Part shown: positions 46,301-55,627 of the stretch, piece after piece
How the letters are laid out: every line of letters begins with the position of its first letter
Numbering within the stretch: the stretch's first letter is position 1
Source of the DNA: a virus
Taxonomy: Duplodnaviria; Caudoviricetes
Direction: 5' to 3' (one strand)
Length of the DNA stretch: 64,000 nucleotides
IMG/VR virus record: IMGVR_UViG_3300021319_000137
Span: 1-64,000 of that record
Translations under genes and position numbers: made by a program
Notes under the pieces: generated by a model
What the model saw: the letters and a program-made list of their open reading frames with translations, nothing else
What the model was told of the DNA's origin: nothing
Database searches by the model: none

Positions 46301-49125
46301 CCAGCCGATGGGTGCCCGCCGGTATCGACAATGCCCAGCTCAACCTGCTGGACCAGTACGAGGACTTCACGGGCGACGCCTTCAACACGTCACAATCCAA
46401 CCAGGCTAAGAACGAGGCCTTCAAGGCTGCACGCCTGGCACACTTCAAGGCTCATGCTGCAGAGTACTTCCATGTGGATGACGCGCTGTACCACTACTGC
46501 TTCATCAAGCTGATTGCCGGTACCGACAACCGCTGTAAGAACACCTACTACTACACCGACCCTGTGACACTGAAGATCCGTTGGATGCAGGACGATGTGG
46601 ACACGGTGCTGAAGACCAACAACGTCGGCCAGAACCGCAAGCCGTACTGGGTGGAGGAACACACCAAGGACGGAAGCGGCGAGAACTACTGGCAGGCTGA
46701 GGAAAGCACGTTCTACTGCCTGCTCGAGGAGGCATGGGACCGTGACACGCCCGAAACGGGACAGCCCAACATCCAGCAGACCATGCGCAATATGCTGGCC
46801 GCCATGTCCACCCTGGGAGGCGGCAGCGTGATGGGCTTCTTCGAGACCTACCTGCTGTCCGTTCCTGACTACTTCCCGGCTGTCGCCTACAACGAGCAGG
46901 CACGCGCCGTCTATGAGTACAGCTACCGCCTGCAGCTGACGGGTGAGTACAGCAACGACACCAACGCGCTGTCGCAGTCCTGCGGCTCCCAGCGCTGGTC
47001 GGAATACCAGTGGCTCGTTGACCGCATCATGTTCATCAGCTCGTGGTGCCAGTACGGCGAGTTCGCCAGCGCGACCTCTGCCGGCGGTCTGTCCTGGCGT
47101 GGCGCGACAGGTACGCACTACATCACCGTCAAGCCCGCCAAATGGATGTACCCGCGTATCGCCGTCGGCTCGTCGAACGTGGGCGGCACGGCGCTTCGTG
47201 CGCCTGGTGAGGCCCACGCGTTCAACGCTGTGTCCTCTCAGGGCGATACCGCACTGGCGATCCGTGGCAACGACTACCTGTTTGACCTGGGAGATATGGA
47301 CCAGTACCAAACGGTGACTGAGTTCGGCTTCACGGGTAAACGCCTCCAGCAGATTACCGTGAACCCGCTGGGCACGAACAACCCTGTGCGCTGGAGCGCT
47401 CCGGCTGTCCGTGTGAACTCGACGAACATCAAACGCTACATCCACCGCAACACGCCGCTGGCCAGCGGAACGCTCGACCTGTCGGCCTGCGTCCGCCTGG
47501 AGGAGATCAACGTGGAGGGCACGAGCTTCACGGCCGTCAAGCTGCCCTCGACGGGCTCGCTCACCGACTTGACGCTACCGGCTACGCTGGAAGCGTTGAC
47601 GCTGGTAGGATGCCGCAACCTCGAGACCCTGGCCATCGGAGGCTATGGCGCGATGACTGAGATCACCATCAAGGGCACGCCACTGGCCGACTCCCTGTAT
47701 ATCGTCCAGCAGGCGATTGGCCACCTCAACAAAGTGGACATCGATAATATGGACTGGCGCATCTCCGGCGCCTCAGGACTGGCGCTGCTCAATGCGCTGG
47801 CCGCCCTCGGCTCCAACTGTAAGCTGTCAGGCACCATCACACTGACGGCCGTCACGCCCAGCTTCGAGGACAAGGCGGCATGGCTGCAGGCCTGGGGCGA
47901 TGTTGACCATGGCACGAACGGGCTAACCATCGTCTATTCGCAGACCACGATCGAGAACGTGCGTATCATCACGGGCAAGTACCTCGAGTCTCTGGGTGAC
48001 CACCAGATGCGCCTGAACTCAGCCGGCAACAACTTCACGGCCGTGCAGTGGTCAATAACCAGGAACAACTTCGCCACCATCGATCCCAATACAGGCGTCG
48101 TCACGGTGACGGCCATGGACACTGAGGCTGCAGGGCCTTATGCCGACGTGACGGTGAGGGTGACGCGCCTGGACGGCGTTGTGCTGGAGGACACCAAGCG
48201 CTTCTACTTCTGCGAGCACGTCTGCCGCGAGGGCGATTACGTATATGCAGACGGCACCTTCAGCGATGAACTGCTGTCCTATAAGACGGTTATCGCCTTG
48301 TGCTTCTACATCAACCCGAACAATCCGGCTGACCGCCTGGCTGTCTCGCGCGGCAACGTCATCACCGACCAATGGGGATTGTACAACAATGCGTCTTATG
48401 GCGTTCCAAACGTCACGGTGGATGGATATTCGAGCATCTACGATACGCCGGTCATCAACATCCAGTCCAACGGTAACGGCGATATCGATAACCTGGCATC
48501 CATGGCATCGTTCGCCACCTACCTAACCACGACGGCCGTCGGTGACGTGGGCCTGGTTGAACTGACCGAAGACATCGGCCCGTTCCGTGTAGGTGACTTT
48601 ATTCACCGTGGCCAGTACAAGACGCTGCAGCTGATCCGTCACCGCAACCGCATCCTGAACGGCGTGACGAGCGACGTGGGCTCGCACGTGCCCACTGTGC
48701 CCGTGGCCAATGCGAACCAGACGGAGCGCGAGGTATTGACCAACCTCATTGCGGACATCGTGGCCAAAAAAGGCAACAATTACCGACAGTTCTACTACCC
48801 AGCAGCCAGCTACTGCTACGCCTACCAGCCCACCTATGCGCTCCAGCCGGGTGAAGTGCTGGCCGACAAGTTCAAGGCGCACAACTGGTGGCTGCCGACG
48901 CTCGGCGAGCTGGGCATGGTCTATTGGCAACAGGTGAAAGGCGGCATCTTCGCGGCCGCGCAAGCCAACAGCCGTTACTCCAATCTGACGAACGATTGGC
49001 ACTGGACATCAACGGAATACGACGCTTCTGGCGCGTGGTATCTCCATGGCGGGAATGGCCAGGTCTACGGCAACTACGGCAATAAGAACGGTTCCAGGGC
49101 CGTGAGGGCGGTGGTCGCGTTTTAA
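43387..49125 (+). CDS. large tail fibre/adhesin; DGR target with C-terminal C-type-lectin-like variable domain
   Basis: 1912 aa; WWLPTLGEL...WTSTEY...AWY...VRAVVAF CLec pattern; VR at the 3' end. Confidence 0.88.
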   Translation: MSEIININEDWQLHSGAEVQVYIKKLLGDLDRGLAGKIGCLRTYEDEDEELHLVGFATLEDYDTWFNDHEAITPITDIIIPKGSGAETAYTLVLEGNTPVAVQMTNDFTVRLKAVYLYNSGGVAQEVPDWVTLTVQRMDNNQRWVTCGRFTVESNRYNYISMKGILPSGNVHVRITAAAEKASTAIPFTFQVNIVNMTLTPATAFQVPFDQDALLTLQYYITGNISKTLLLKFDGGGTGKELVIDGITHSDADTPYSCEVQGLTDVLTPGLHTVEAQLKYNDDLATDWVMSEYLVLGVDAPVVSVNNISDGLSNWTDVHFFDWSVLTPDGNPMNVIMRLVDANDNTTEYARWSFNGAPRNKYPFTTQLAIDGVSDTWIDAVMLIEDSEGNELHDPVAFGLENEASFAPNAGASFVLSPAVRSNAEENPATIINTVNGDILAQAEDFVNFDFSTDGWKETSYEGSTVRVLRIPAGRQLTIHHNPMADFTGADNTGRSFVWEMDFVVDNIVDDEEPLIELGSLRNSGVWWGFRLMPSRAMLLTSNKYTEPDQDLAWAEGKRFHLAITAQYGGEASPNILRMYLNGRLEREFAYDTDDRFTPENAVMVIGNTSSDIDIYGMRCYRSALSSSAVMQDYKASMSTTAEKIAFEAANDILDDRGRIDWDKCLGKYNIIGHRGPLLHKGMENNTQHGISIEIHMPDDEEHSGTLTELDNKGQGTTAMTYYWWNQQYKTTDNTQLLDDEGNPKGETGDGYAIQANEYLATKLVGKVNFASSMQSHKLGLTKAFTEVFKQMMRDGNMSSPGQFATFPNARLAVLEKPFLFFVWDEANSRYEFRNLMTFGAGKGDKPTFGFNKNSTGHMLMVEGADNDVPLARFNMPWDDTNITYDIDKEAWMYNGAKNINFGFGKTSSDVPSDTDALTAVKNFFNFVYLHSTKIEFFNGSLDALQRTSGSRLSPQRWLTGSYDLYRYDEKTSRWVPAGIDNAQLNLLDQYEDFTGDAFNTSQSNQAKNEAFKAARLAHFKAHAAEYFHVDDALYHYCFIKLIAGTDNRCKNTYYYTDPVTLKIRWMQDDVDTVLKTNNVGQNRKPYWVEEHTKDGSGENYWQAEESTFYCLLEEAWDRDTPETGQPNIQQTMRNMLAAMSTLGGGSVMGFFETYLLSVPDYFPAVAYNEQARAVYEYSYRLQLTGEYSNDTNALSQSCGSQRWSEYQWLVDRIMFISSWCQYGEFASATSAGGLSWRGATGTHYITVKPAKWMYPRIAVGSSNVGGTALRAPGEAHAFNAVSSQGDTALAIRGNDYLFDLGDMDQYQTVTEFGFTGKRLQQITVNPLGTNNPVRWSAPAVRVNSTNIKRYIHRNTPLASGTLDLSACVRLEEINVEGTSFTAVKLPSTGSLTDLTLPATLEALTLVGCRNLETLAIGGYGAMTEITIKGTPLADSLYIVQQAIGHLNKVDIDNMDWRISGASGLALLNALAALGSNCKLSGTITLTAVTPSFEDKAAWLQAWGDVDHGTNGLTIVYSQTTIENVRIITGKYLESLGDHQMRLNSAGNNFTAVQWSITRNNFATIDPNTGVVTVTAMDTEAAGPYADVTVRVTRLDGVVLEDTKRFYFCEHVCREGDYVYADGTFSDELLSYKTVIALCFYINPNNPADRLAVSRGNVITDQWGLYNNASYGVPNVTVDGYSSIYDTPVINIQSNGNGDIDNLASMASFATYLTTTAVGDVGLVELTEDIGPFRVGDFIHRGQYKTLQLIRHRNRILNGVTSDVGSHVPTVPVANANQTEREVLTNLIADIVAKKGNNYRQFYYPAASYCYAYQPTYALQPGEVLADKFKAHNWWLPTLGELGMVYWQQVKGGIFAAAQANSRYSNLTNDWHWTSTEYDASGAWYLHGGNGQVYGNYGNKNGSRAVRAVVAF
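49021..49119 (+). repeat. DGR variable repeat (VR) including a GC-rich IMH-like 3' end
   Basis: Matches the TR with AAC->TAC/GGC and AAT->GGT changes. Confidence 0.92.
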
Positions 49126-49131
49126 GATTTT

Positions 49132-49189
49132 GGCTGGTGGCTTCGAGGCCACCAGCCTGTCGCGAATGTTGCGCGAGCGAAGCGAGCGC
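49132..49189 (+). promoter_or_regulatory. post-VR hairpins (DGR homing structure and/or terminator)
   Basis: 10-bp stem GGCTGGTGGC/GCCACCAGCC; second hairpin with a GAA loop at 49171-49189. Confidence 0.6.
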
Positions 49190-49270
49190 CGAAAAAATGC
49201 GAGTGTGATTTGATAGTCACACCCGCATTTTTAATGGCGTTATAATATCATTCAAATATTGTGATTGGAG

Positions 49271-49350
49271 ACCATTTCGTTTTTGGGATTATCCCCAACC
49301 GACGACCGTTTCGTTTTAGAGTTGGCGCACGATTCGTTTTGTGGATTATA
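49271..49350 (-). repeat. Right-end transposase-binding sites
   Basis: Three TTCGTTTT-core motifs starting at 49271, 49305 and 49329. Confidence 0.75.
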
Positions 49351-49503
49351 GAATCACGCTTCCTTCCGACGGGTTATGACAAGGAAAAACTGAGGTATGA
49401 AGTGAATCGATCTTATGGGAAAAACGCTGAAATGTTCGGGATGAAGAGAGGTGAATACAAACCTTACAGCGGATATAAAAAGTCAAAATCAAAATCCAAC
49501 TAA
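49351..49503 (+). pseudogene. 3' remnant of the primase-like gene interrupted by the prophage
   Basis: ESRFLPTGYDKEKLRYEV... continues ...KAINYLE in frame across the duplicated GAAT. Confidence 0.8.
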
Positions 49504-49511
49504 ACGAAAAA

Positions 49512-49552
49512 GGCCAACTCTATCAAATTAATGATGGGGTTGGTCTGTTTTT
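49512..49552. terminator. terminator between convergent genes
   Basis: GGCCAACTC ... GGGGTTGGTC stem with flanking A and T runs. Confidence 0.5.
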
Positions 49553-49681
49553 CTTTTCGATTTGTTATTCTTTCTAGGCTATTTTAGCGCTTTTGCCTTG
49601 AGAAAACACTAAAGTAATTAATTCAGAATAGACTTATCAGGAATATTATCATAGTTAGAAATAATTTCACTAGTCTAGTAA

Positions 49682-51481
49682 TTAAAGATTTAGAACCATC
49701 TGAACCCCTCGCGATGATATATGGAAATCCAATCCATTTAGCTTTCTTCTAATCTGATTCTCTGTTATTGTTGAAGGAATAGCAATTGTTAGTAATTGTT
49801 TTGCCCTTGAGCAAGCAACATAGATCAATCGATGCTTTTCTTTTATTTCAGCCAAGCCATTTGAATTGTCTGGAAGATCATTAAATGAGATCACTTGTGC
49901 TCCTGATCTGTCATGCAAATATAGTAATACAGCATCGACAGAGGCCCCTTTGGCGGAGTGAATTGTTTGTGCAGTTACTACGTTTTCTTCTACTTGTCCA
50001 AAATAAGTATCCACTGACTGATTGCGAAGTCTATTCATATTATAACCTTTCATTCGCTGTTTAAATTTAAAGTCTAAATCTTCAGTAATATTAAGACCAT
50101 TTCTCAATAATAATCTCATGCTTTCATCCCATCTATTAAATGATAACGATAATGGTGGCATTGACTTCAAAAGTTTCAACAACATTATATTAAATTCTAT
50201 TGTATTGCCTCTTTCTTTTAGGTAATTCTTCATTTCTGAAAAATGGCCATCACCATAAATCAAATACGCACAAATCCAGCCCATTTTCTCCAAAGCCTCT
50301 TTTATTTTATTTTGAACAAATAGTAATTCGGCGTCGATGATTCTATACGGAATCTCACTTTTCCATGGTTTGATACTTGTTCTAAATGCTGCAAGTTTCG
50401 TCAAATCGGTCTTTCCTCTCACTAGAACCAATCTACTTTTCAGATTATAGCCCTCGCATATTTCACAAAACCGATCAAAAGCCATTCTTTCTTGTCCATT
50501 ATCATACCTAATAATTTCAATCTGTATGTTAGCATCATCAACACCGTATGAAACAATATTAGGATAACCAATTGGCTTTAACCTACTATAAAAATCAATG
50601 ATTCTCTGAACAGACCTCCTGTTTTCCATTAAAATTAAGTGATTCCACTCTTCTTTTTCATTATATTGTTGGAAGATTTCAGGTCTTGCATTTCTCCATT
50701 CATAAACCGATTGATTGACATCGCCAACCAATTCTAGATTACTTAAGCCAGCATCTTTTAACAGCTCAAGAATCTCAAATTGATGATATGATGTGTCTTG
50801 AGCTTCATCCAATATAACATAGGGGAATCGATTTGCTAACGACTGTGCAACGACGAAATGTTTCTTCAATATATTCGATGCTACTAGCATTGCGTCGCTA
50901 CTTTTCAGAGCACCATGAGTAAGCCTATAGTGTAATATTGCATTACAATAATTGAAAAGGCGTATGTCATTATCTTTACTTACTATTGTGTTTTCAATCT
51001 TAAATATATTGTGTCCAATATACTCAACCTTTTCGGGTTTATAACTATGAGCTAAATCATTGTATTCACGAAGAGCGTATGGAAGATATTCTCCTCCGTT
51101 ATACTTATGAAAAAACAAATTATGAAGTATCTCATCCTCGTTTATAATTATAGGTTTAGATAACCCTTCAATCAGATACCAATATCTCAATACGACATAC
51201 TGGGTAATAAAACTATCGATGGTTCTAACTTCATTCGGGTAGTCGATAGAACGACCATGCATCTCTTTATACTTAGATGAAATCTCTTCACAAGCTTTAT
51301 TTGTAAAAGACATGCAGAGAACACCTGTACCATTAGAATTATTTATTCGACACTCTTCTATCAAAGTTTTGAGTTTATATACAATACTTGTTGTTTTACC
51401 ACTTCCAGGGCATGCTGTTAGTATGGTAAACCCACGAGCATTCAAGTACTCTCTTCTCTGATCTGTTATTTCGTATTCCAT
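49682..51481 (-). CDS. UvrD-like helicase (GajB-like)
   Basis: ACPGSGKTT, DEAQD, GDVNQSVY, TIHSAKG, YVACSRAK. Confidence 0.9.
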   Translation of the reverse strand: MEYEITDQRREYLNARGFTILTACPGSGKTTSIVYKLKTLIEECRINNSNGTGVLCMSFTNKACEEISSKYKEMHGRSIDYPNEVRTIDSFITQYVVLRYWYLIEGLSKPIIINEDEILHNLFFHKYNGGEYLPYALREYNDLAHSYKPEKVEYIGHNIFKIENTIVSKDNDIRLFNYCNAILHYRLTHGALKSSDAMLVASNILKKHFVVAQSLANRFPYVILDEAQDTSYHQFEILELLKDAGLSNLELVGDVNQSVYEWRNARPEIFQQYNEKEEWNHLILMENRRSVQRIIDFYSRLKPIGYPNIVSYGVDDANIQIEIIRYDNGQERMAFDRFCEICEGYNLKSRLVLVRGKTDLTKLAAFRTSIKPWKSEIPYRIIDAELLFVQNKIKEALEKMGWICAYLIYGDGHFSEMKNYLKERGNTIEFNIMLLKLLKSMPPLSLSFNRWDESMRLLLRNGLNITEDLDFKFKQRMKGYNMNRLRNQSVDTYFGQVEENVVTAQTIHSAKGASVDAVLLYLHDRSGAQVISFNDLPDNSNGLAEIKEKHRLIYVACSRAKQLLTIAIPSTITENQIRRKLNGLDFHISSRGVQMVLNL

Positions 51482-51483
51482 TC

Positions 51484-53394
51484 TTATTCGGTGAGGAAAT
51501 TAATAGCATCTTTAATATAGTCCGGTACCTTGAAATTGCATTCACCCAGATCTATCTTGTCTTCCAAGTAATTTGCAAAATCTTGTGCAAACGCAGATTT
51601 CCCAGGCATACACTTCCATAATAAAAGAGCTGCAAGATATCTTTGCTCTTCATTCAAATAATCCCCCTCTATTGTATTAAGATATAAATCGACAAAGCTA
51701 ATCTTATTTGAATCAACACTTTGCAAATACTTATAGAAATCATTATTTCTAGTTTCTTCTTTTGTTTCAAGAACATTAGCGAAAGCCAACTGAAACTCAA
51801 GAGTCTTTTTACCGGTTGACACCATTATTCCTGTTTGATTATTCCTCATCGACATCATATTATTAGCCCTATTACATGGGCTATCAGATTCAATATTAGT
51901 TTTCAACTCATATAATTTCTGATAATCATTAACAACAAGATTCTCAAGCTTATATTCTGCTTTCTTGGAATCAGGAAATTCATCTGCATCAGTAATAAAT
52001 GCTGCTTTCATTGGTAATCGTTTTGTGGGATCTGATGAATTGAATAACATGAGGAACTGACCAAATGCAGTGCCGCCCGTATCTACTAATTCAATCTCAT
52101 AATCACCCAAAGGCCTCTCCATAATTTTTGATAAAGTATGTAAGAGCAATGCTTCAGAAACGCCTTCAACAAATAGCACTCCACTAGAGAATAGAAGTTG
52201 ACTGCGAGTGACATCCAAATATCGAATAATCATGTCTCTATAATATTTGCAACGAGACTCATCTACGTACTTATCATTATTTGTATCATACTTTATTCTT
52301 TCGATTGCTCTATTATTGAAACAATTAGCAATACTGTATTGTTTATCCTTAAGAAGTATAATGTTTTCTAAAGGAATACGAGATGTTAAAGTTGGAGAGT
52401 GAGTCGTTATAAAAGTTTGGGAATTGCTTTCTTCATTTGCTCTCTTCAGGAAGTCATATAAGTTAATTTGCAGCTGGGGATGTAGATGGGCTTCGGGCTC
52501 TTCTATAAACAATGCAAACAAAGTGTTTTTCTCACTCTCATGAAAATCTTTTATATCACTCAATACCGTTGCAATATAAATTAAGTTATTATAGCCAAGA
52601 CTATTCTTCCATAATCTATAACCATCAATTTTCTTGTTATTACTAATAGGTATAAAAGGTTTTATTGTATTTACTATGTAGTCTATTTTACTTGGTGTTA
52701 TTGACAAATCTATTGATTGTGGTGCCTTCTTTAATATGGTGCTGAGATTATCATTAATATTTCCCTTAGTAGCTCTTACTTCATCTTGCGCTAATAGTCG
52801 GTTATTGGCTTCAACGAAAATATCTGAGATTGAATCTTCATTATTGCTATTTTCGACTCTACGTTTTATTACCTTGCCAAGTAAATTATTACGAGAATCC
52901 ATCAAATCATGGGTACTATCACGTAATGCACTTAGATAGTATGAACGAAAGAGTTGGAATGAATCATAGTCAGCTTTCTGCTCTGCCTCCTTCTTTCCAG
53001 TAAAATAAGTTCTTGATATACGACCATCAGCAGAGAGATTATATTCAATTGTGACCTCTGCACAAACCTCATCGCCATTAATGACTAGATAGTTGCAAAA
53101 AGCACCTAATTGTGTTTCAGATAAGTCTTCGAAAGAGTAACGTATTTCTATATGATTCTCTGATACCTCTATCTCGTGTCCATCGTCGTATGATACAGTT
53201 CTATAAAAATCCTCACGAGAAATAATCTGATCACTATATTGGTCACCCCAACCATAAAACAGTCTTATGGCGTCGATCAGTGTAGTTTTTAAAGAACCAT
53301 TGGGTCCAATTATAACATTAATATTCTTGTCGAAATTAACGATAAGCTCTTTTATTCCACGAAAGTTCTTTATGTAGATTCTGCTCAAAAACAT
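51484..53394 (-). CDS. OLD-family ATP-dependent nuclease (GajA-like)
   Basis: GPNGSLKT, IEEPEAHLHP, TTHS, TOPRIM LFVEG..E and DAD. Confidence 0.9.
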   Translation of the reverse strand: MFLSRIYIKNFRGIKELIVNFDKNINVIIGPNGSLKTTLIDAIRLFYGWGDQYSDQIISREDFYRTVSYDDGHEIEVSENHIEIRYSFEDLSETQLGAFCNYLVINGDEVCAEVTIEYNLSADGRISRTYFTGKKEAEQKADYDSFQLFRSYYLSALRDSTHDLMDSRNNLLGKVIKRRVENSNNEDSISDIFVEANNRLLAQDEVRATKGNINDNLSTILKKAPQSIDLSITPSKIDYIVNTIKPFIPISNNKKIDGYRLWKNSLGYNNLIYIATVLSDIKDFHESEKNTLFALFIEEPEAHLHPQLQINLYDFLKRANEESNSQTFITTHSPTLTSRIPLENIILLKDKQYSIANCFNNRAIERIKYDTNNDKYVDESRCKYYRDMIIRYLDVTRSQLLFSSGVLFVEGVSEALLLHTLSKIMERPLGDYEIELVDTGGTAFGQFLMLFNSSDPTKRLPMKAAFITDADEFPDSKKAEYKLENLVVNDYQKLYELKTNIESDSPCNRANNMMSMRNNQTGIMVSTGKKTLEFQLAFANVLETKEETRNNDFYKYLQSVDSNKISFVDLYLNTIEGDYLNEEQRYLAALLLWKCMPGKSAFAQDFANYLEDKIDLGECNFKVPDYIKDAINFLTE

Positions 53395-53488
53395 ATAATC
53401 CCGGACTTTAATTTATTGATAAACAGGTCTTATTATTCTAGTTCATTGTAAATAACAACGATTTAATAAACCGCTTTCACGATCACAT

Positions 53489-53496
53489 GCAAATAT
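53489..53496 (-). promoter_or_regulatory. -7 promoter element for the Gabija-like operon
   Basis: TATATTTG on the minus strand. Confidence 0.55.
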
Positions 53497-54083
53497 ACTA
53501 CTTTTCTCTGAATTACCCCAATATATAAAAACTTGACTTTCAACAAACGGGAGGAATGGTATTGTTGTTCCTTTTGTTAGAGGTGTCCTTTTTTTTGCTG
53601 TTTTTATATACCTATGCAAATTTTCTAATAAAAAATGGACAGGTAGAGGATAGATAAGGAGATATAGAAGGAAAAGAACAGTGCGTCCACAAGACGCACT
53701 CCATCCGAAACAAGAGAGAGGCGGACGGGGCTAGAGGCGAGGCGGCAGCAGGTGGGTCTCTCTTTGCTTGCGGATTGGGTGAGCGTTAGCGAGCCGTTCC
53801 TTTCTTCTATTCAACAAGTGCGTAAGCATTTTTCCTGGTTAAATGGACACTGGCCGGAGCCCAAGTGAAGGCCAAGTGGACGTCAAGGAAAAATCGTTCG
53901 AAGAGGTTCCAATGAAGTTTTGAGGGCGACCGAGAAACTGAATGGGTTCTCGAGAAATGTGATATCAGAATGAATATAAGATAGTTAGTCAGATTATTAA
54001 CCTCAAATCACCCAGTTAAAAACAAATTATAAACGGTCGCAAGTGTACATAAAAACATACATTAGCGACCACTTTCATTTTCT

Positions 54084-54122
54084 AAGTGAGCTATAACCCG
54101 ATTTTTTTTGGACTTATAGCTC
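54084..54122. repeat. palindromic direct repeat, copy 1
   Basis: AAGTGAGCTATAACCCGAT(8)GGACTTATAGCTC, abutting the ATPase stop codon. Confidence 0.9.
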
Positions 54123-55555
54123 TATATCTTCTCGGCGAAAAGATGCTTGAGTGTTACTACTTGATCTGCCATATAAGCATTTGCATTGCGCTTGATTCCG
54201 TATGGCGAGACCATAGTTTGGTGTAATGCATGACGAGTACCTGTAACACTGCGGAATGTGGCTTTTCTGTCTCGGAGTTCTTTTGCGTATTTGCTGGTGA
54301 TCTCATATTCTCCATCAGCATATTTCATCTCGCAAAGGTTGATGGTCTTGTCTCTTCTCACAATCAGCAGGTCAATCTGGGCTCCACTCGTGTATTCATC
54401 GCCTGCATAACGCCATGAGCACACTTCGGTCTGGACTCCGGCAATTCCCAATGCTTGCTTGATTTGAGGAATATGCAGCAGACACACCTGTTCAAATGCG
54501 ATGCCGGTCCAAGTACGACGTGACGGATGGTCTATCGTGTTTGACCAATGGTGCTCATCCATTCCGTTATACTTCTCGACAAAACGTTTGTGGAAGAGTA
54601 TCGAGAGATCGGTCAACTGGTACAGACTGTCGCGTTCCCGTTTCCCAAAGCCATTGTATTTGCGAATGAAGTCACAACTGATCAGGTTCTTCAATGCTTT
54701 AGTCAAGATTCCATTCTCGCTAACCTTGGCTGCTTTGGCAATATCTTGACGGCTGATGCCCATGTTTTTTTTACTGATGGCATCAATGACACGTTTATAA
54801 AAGTCAGAATCCTTGAAAAGCGAACGGAACAGGAAATCATATTCATCCTTGAGAGGTGCGCCCTCATGGAAAAACAGATTGTCAATGTTTGCGTCAAGAC
54901 TCAGATCTTTCTTCAGCATAGTCAGGTACAACGGCACGCCACCAAACACCATATATGCATCCAGCACCAAGCCAGGATCCCAGTCCACACCATTATTCTT
55001 GAGCAGGAGTGATGCTTCATGCAGGTTGAATGGAGCCAGATGAATACGTTCGGTAGTGCGGTTATACAAACCACCTTTTCCACTGATGAACTTATCGGTC
55101 ATCCAAGTGGTGGCGCTTCCACAGACGATGAGTTTGAGCCTCTCCTCGGTTGAGCCCCAGCTGTTCCAGAACCACTCAAATGCTTTGAGGAACTGGCTTG
55201 CCCGGGTATCAAACCAGGGCAATTCATCGAGAAAAACGATAAGACGTTGCTTTTTGAGACTGGACAGATAATCACGCAGCTGCATGAAAGCCTGCATCCA
55301 TGTTTGAGCCTTCGGGATGGGCTTCTTGCTGTTTTGATTCAAGGCATCATTGAACGCTGTCAACTGATCCGCTTTCCTGCCCTCAAAGATGCCGGTTGCA
55401 TAGAAATCAAACTTGTTCTTGAAAAACTCCTTCACGAGAAAGGTTTTGCCAATACGTCTGCGTCCATAGATAGCAACCAATTCAGCCTTGCCCGAAGCGA
55501 CAATAGCCTCCAGCTGGTTGATTTCTCTTTCTCGTCCAATGATTGTCTGAGCCAT
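54122..55555 (-). CDS. AAA ATPase (archaeal-ATPase/DUF234-like) with C-terminal PD-(D/E)xK-like domain
   Basis: YGRRRIGKT, FLDELPW, QIDLL...CEMKY; start MAQTIIGRE. Confidence 0.85.
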   Translation of the reverse strand: MAQTIIGREREINQLEAIVASGKAELVAIYGRRRIGKTFLVKEFFKNKFDFYATGIFEGRKADQLTAFNDALNQNSKKPIPKAQTWMQAFMQLRDYLSSLKKQRLIVFLDELPWFDTRASQFLKAFEWFWNSWGSTEERLKLIVCGSATTWMTDKFISGKGGLYNRTTERIHLAPFNLHEASLLLKNNGVDWDPGLVLDAYMVFGGVPLYLTMLKKDLSLDANIDNLFFHEGAPLKDEYDFLFRSLFKDSDFYKRVIDAISKKNMGISRQDIAKAAKVSENGILTKALKNLISCDFIRKYNGFGKRERDSLYQLTDLSILFHKRFVEKYNGMDEHHWSNTIDHPSRRTWTGIAFEQVCLLHIPQIKQALGIAGVQTEVCSWRYAGDEYTSGAQIDLLIVRRDKTINLCEMKYADGEYEITSKYAKELRDRKATFRSVTGTRHALHQTMVSPYGIKRNANAYMADQVVTLKHLFAEKI

Positions 55556-55627
55556 GATGTTTTCAGTTATTGATGATGACACAAAAGTACTGACATTAAA
55601 CAAAATGACCAAATTTTTCGAGTGAGA

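Larger units (their letters stand above)
10435..49350 (+). mobile_element. Mu-like transposable prophage (38,916 bp, non-contractile tail) with DGR
   Basis: Transposase A/B, repressor, Gam, terminase, portal, capsid, lysis and tail genes; both ends are flanked by GAAT and removal restores the interrupted gene. Confidence 0.93.

Noticed and set aside
49261-49350. First 30 codons of ORF 49261-49503
   Set aside because: They are prophage right-end repeats; only 49351 onward belongs to the interrupted gene
54084-54122. Repeat as a dif/pdif site
   Set aside because: Spacer is 17-18 nt rather than 6 bp and the arms are symmetric, not distinct XerC/XerD arms
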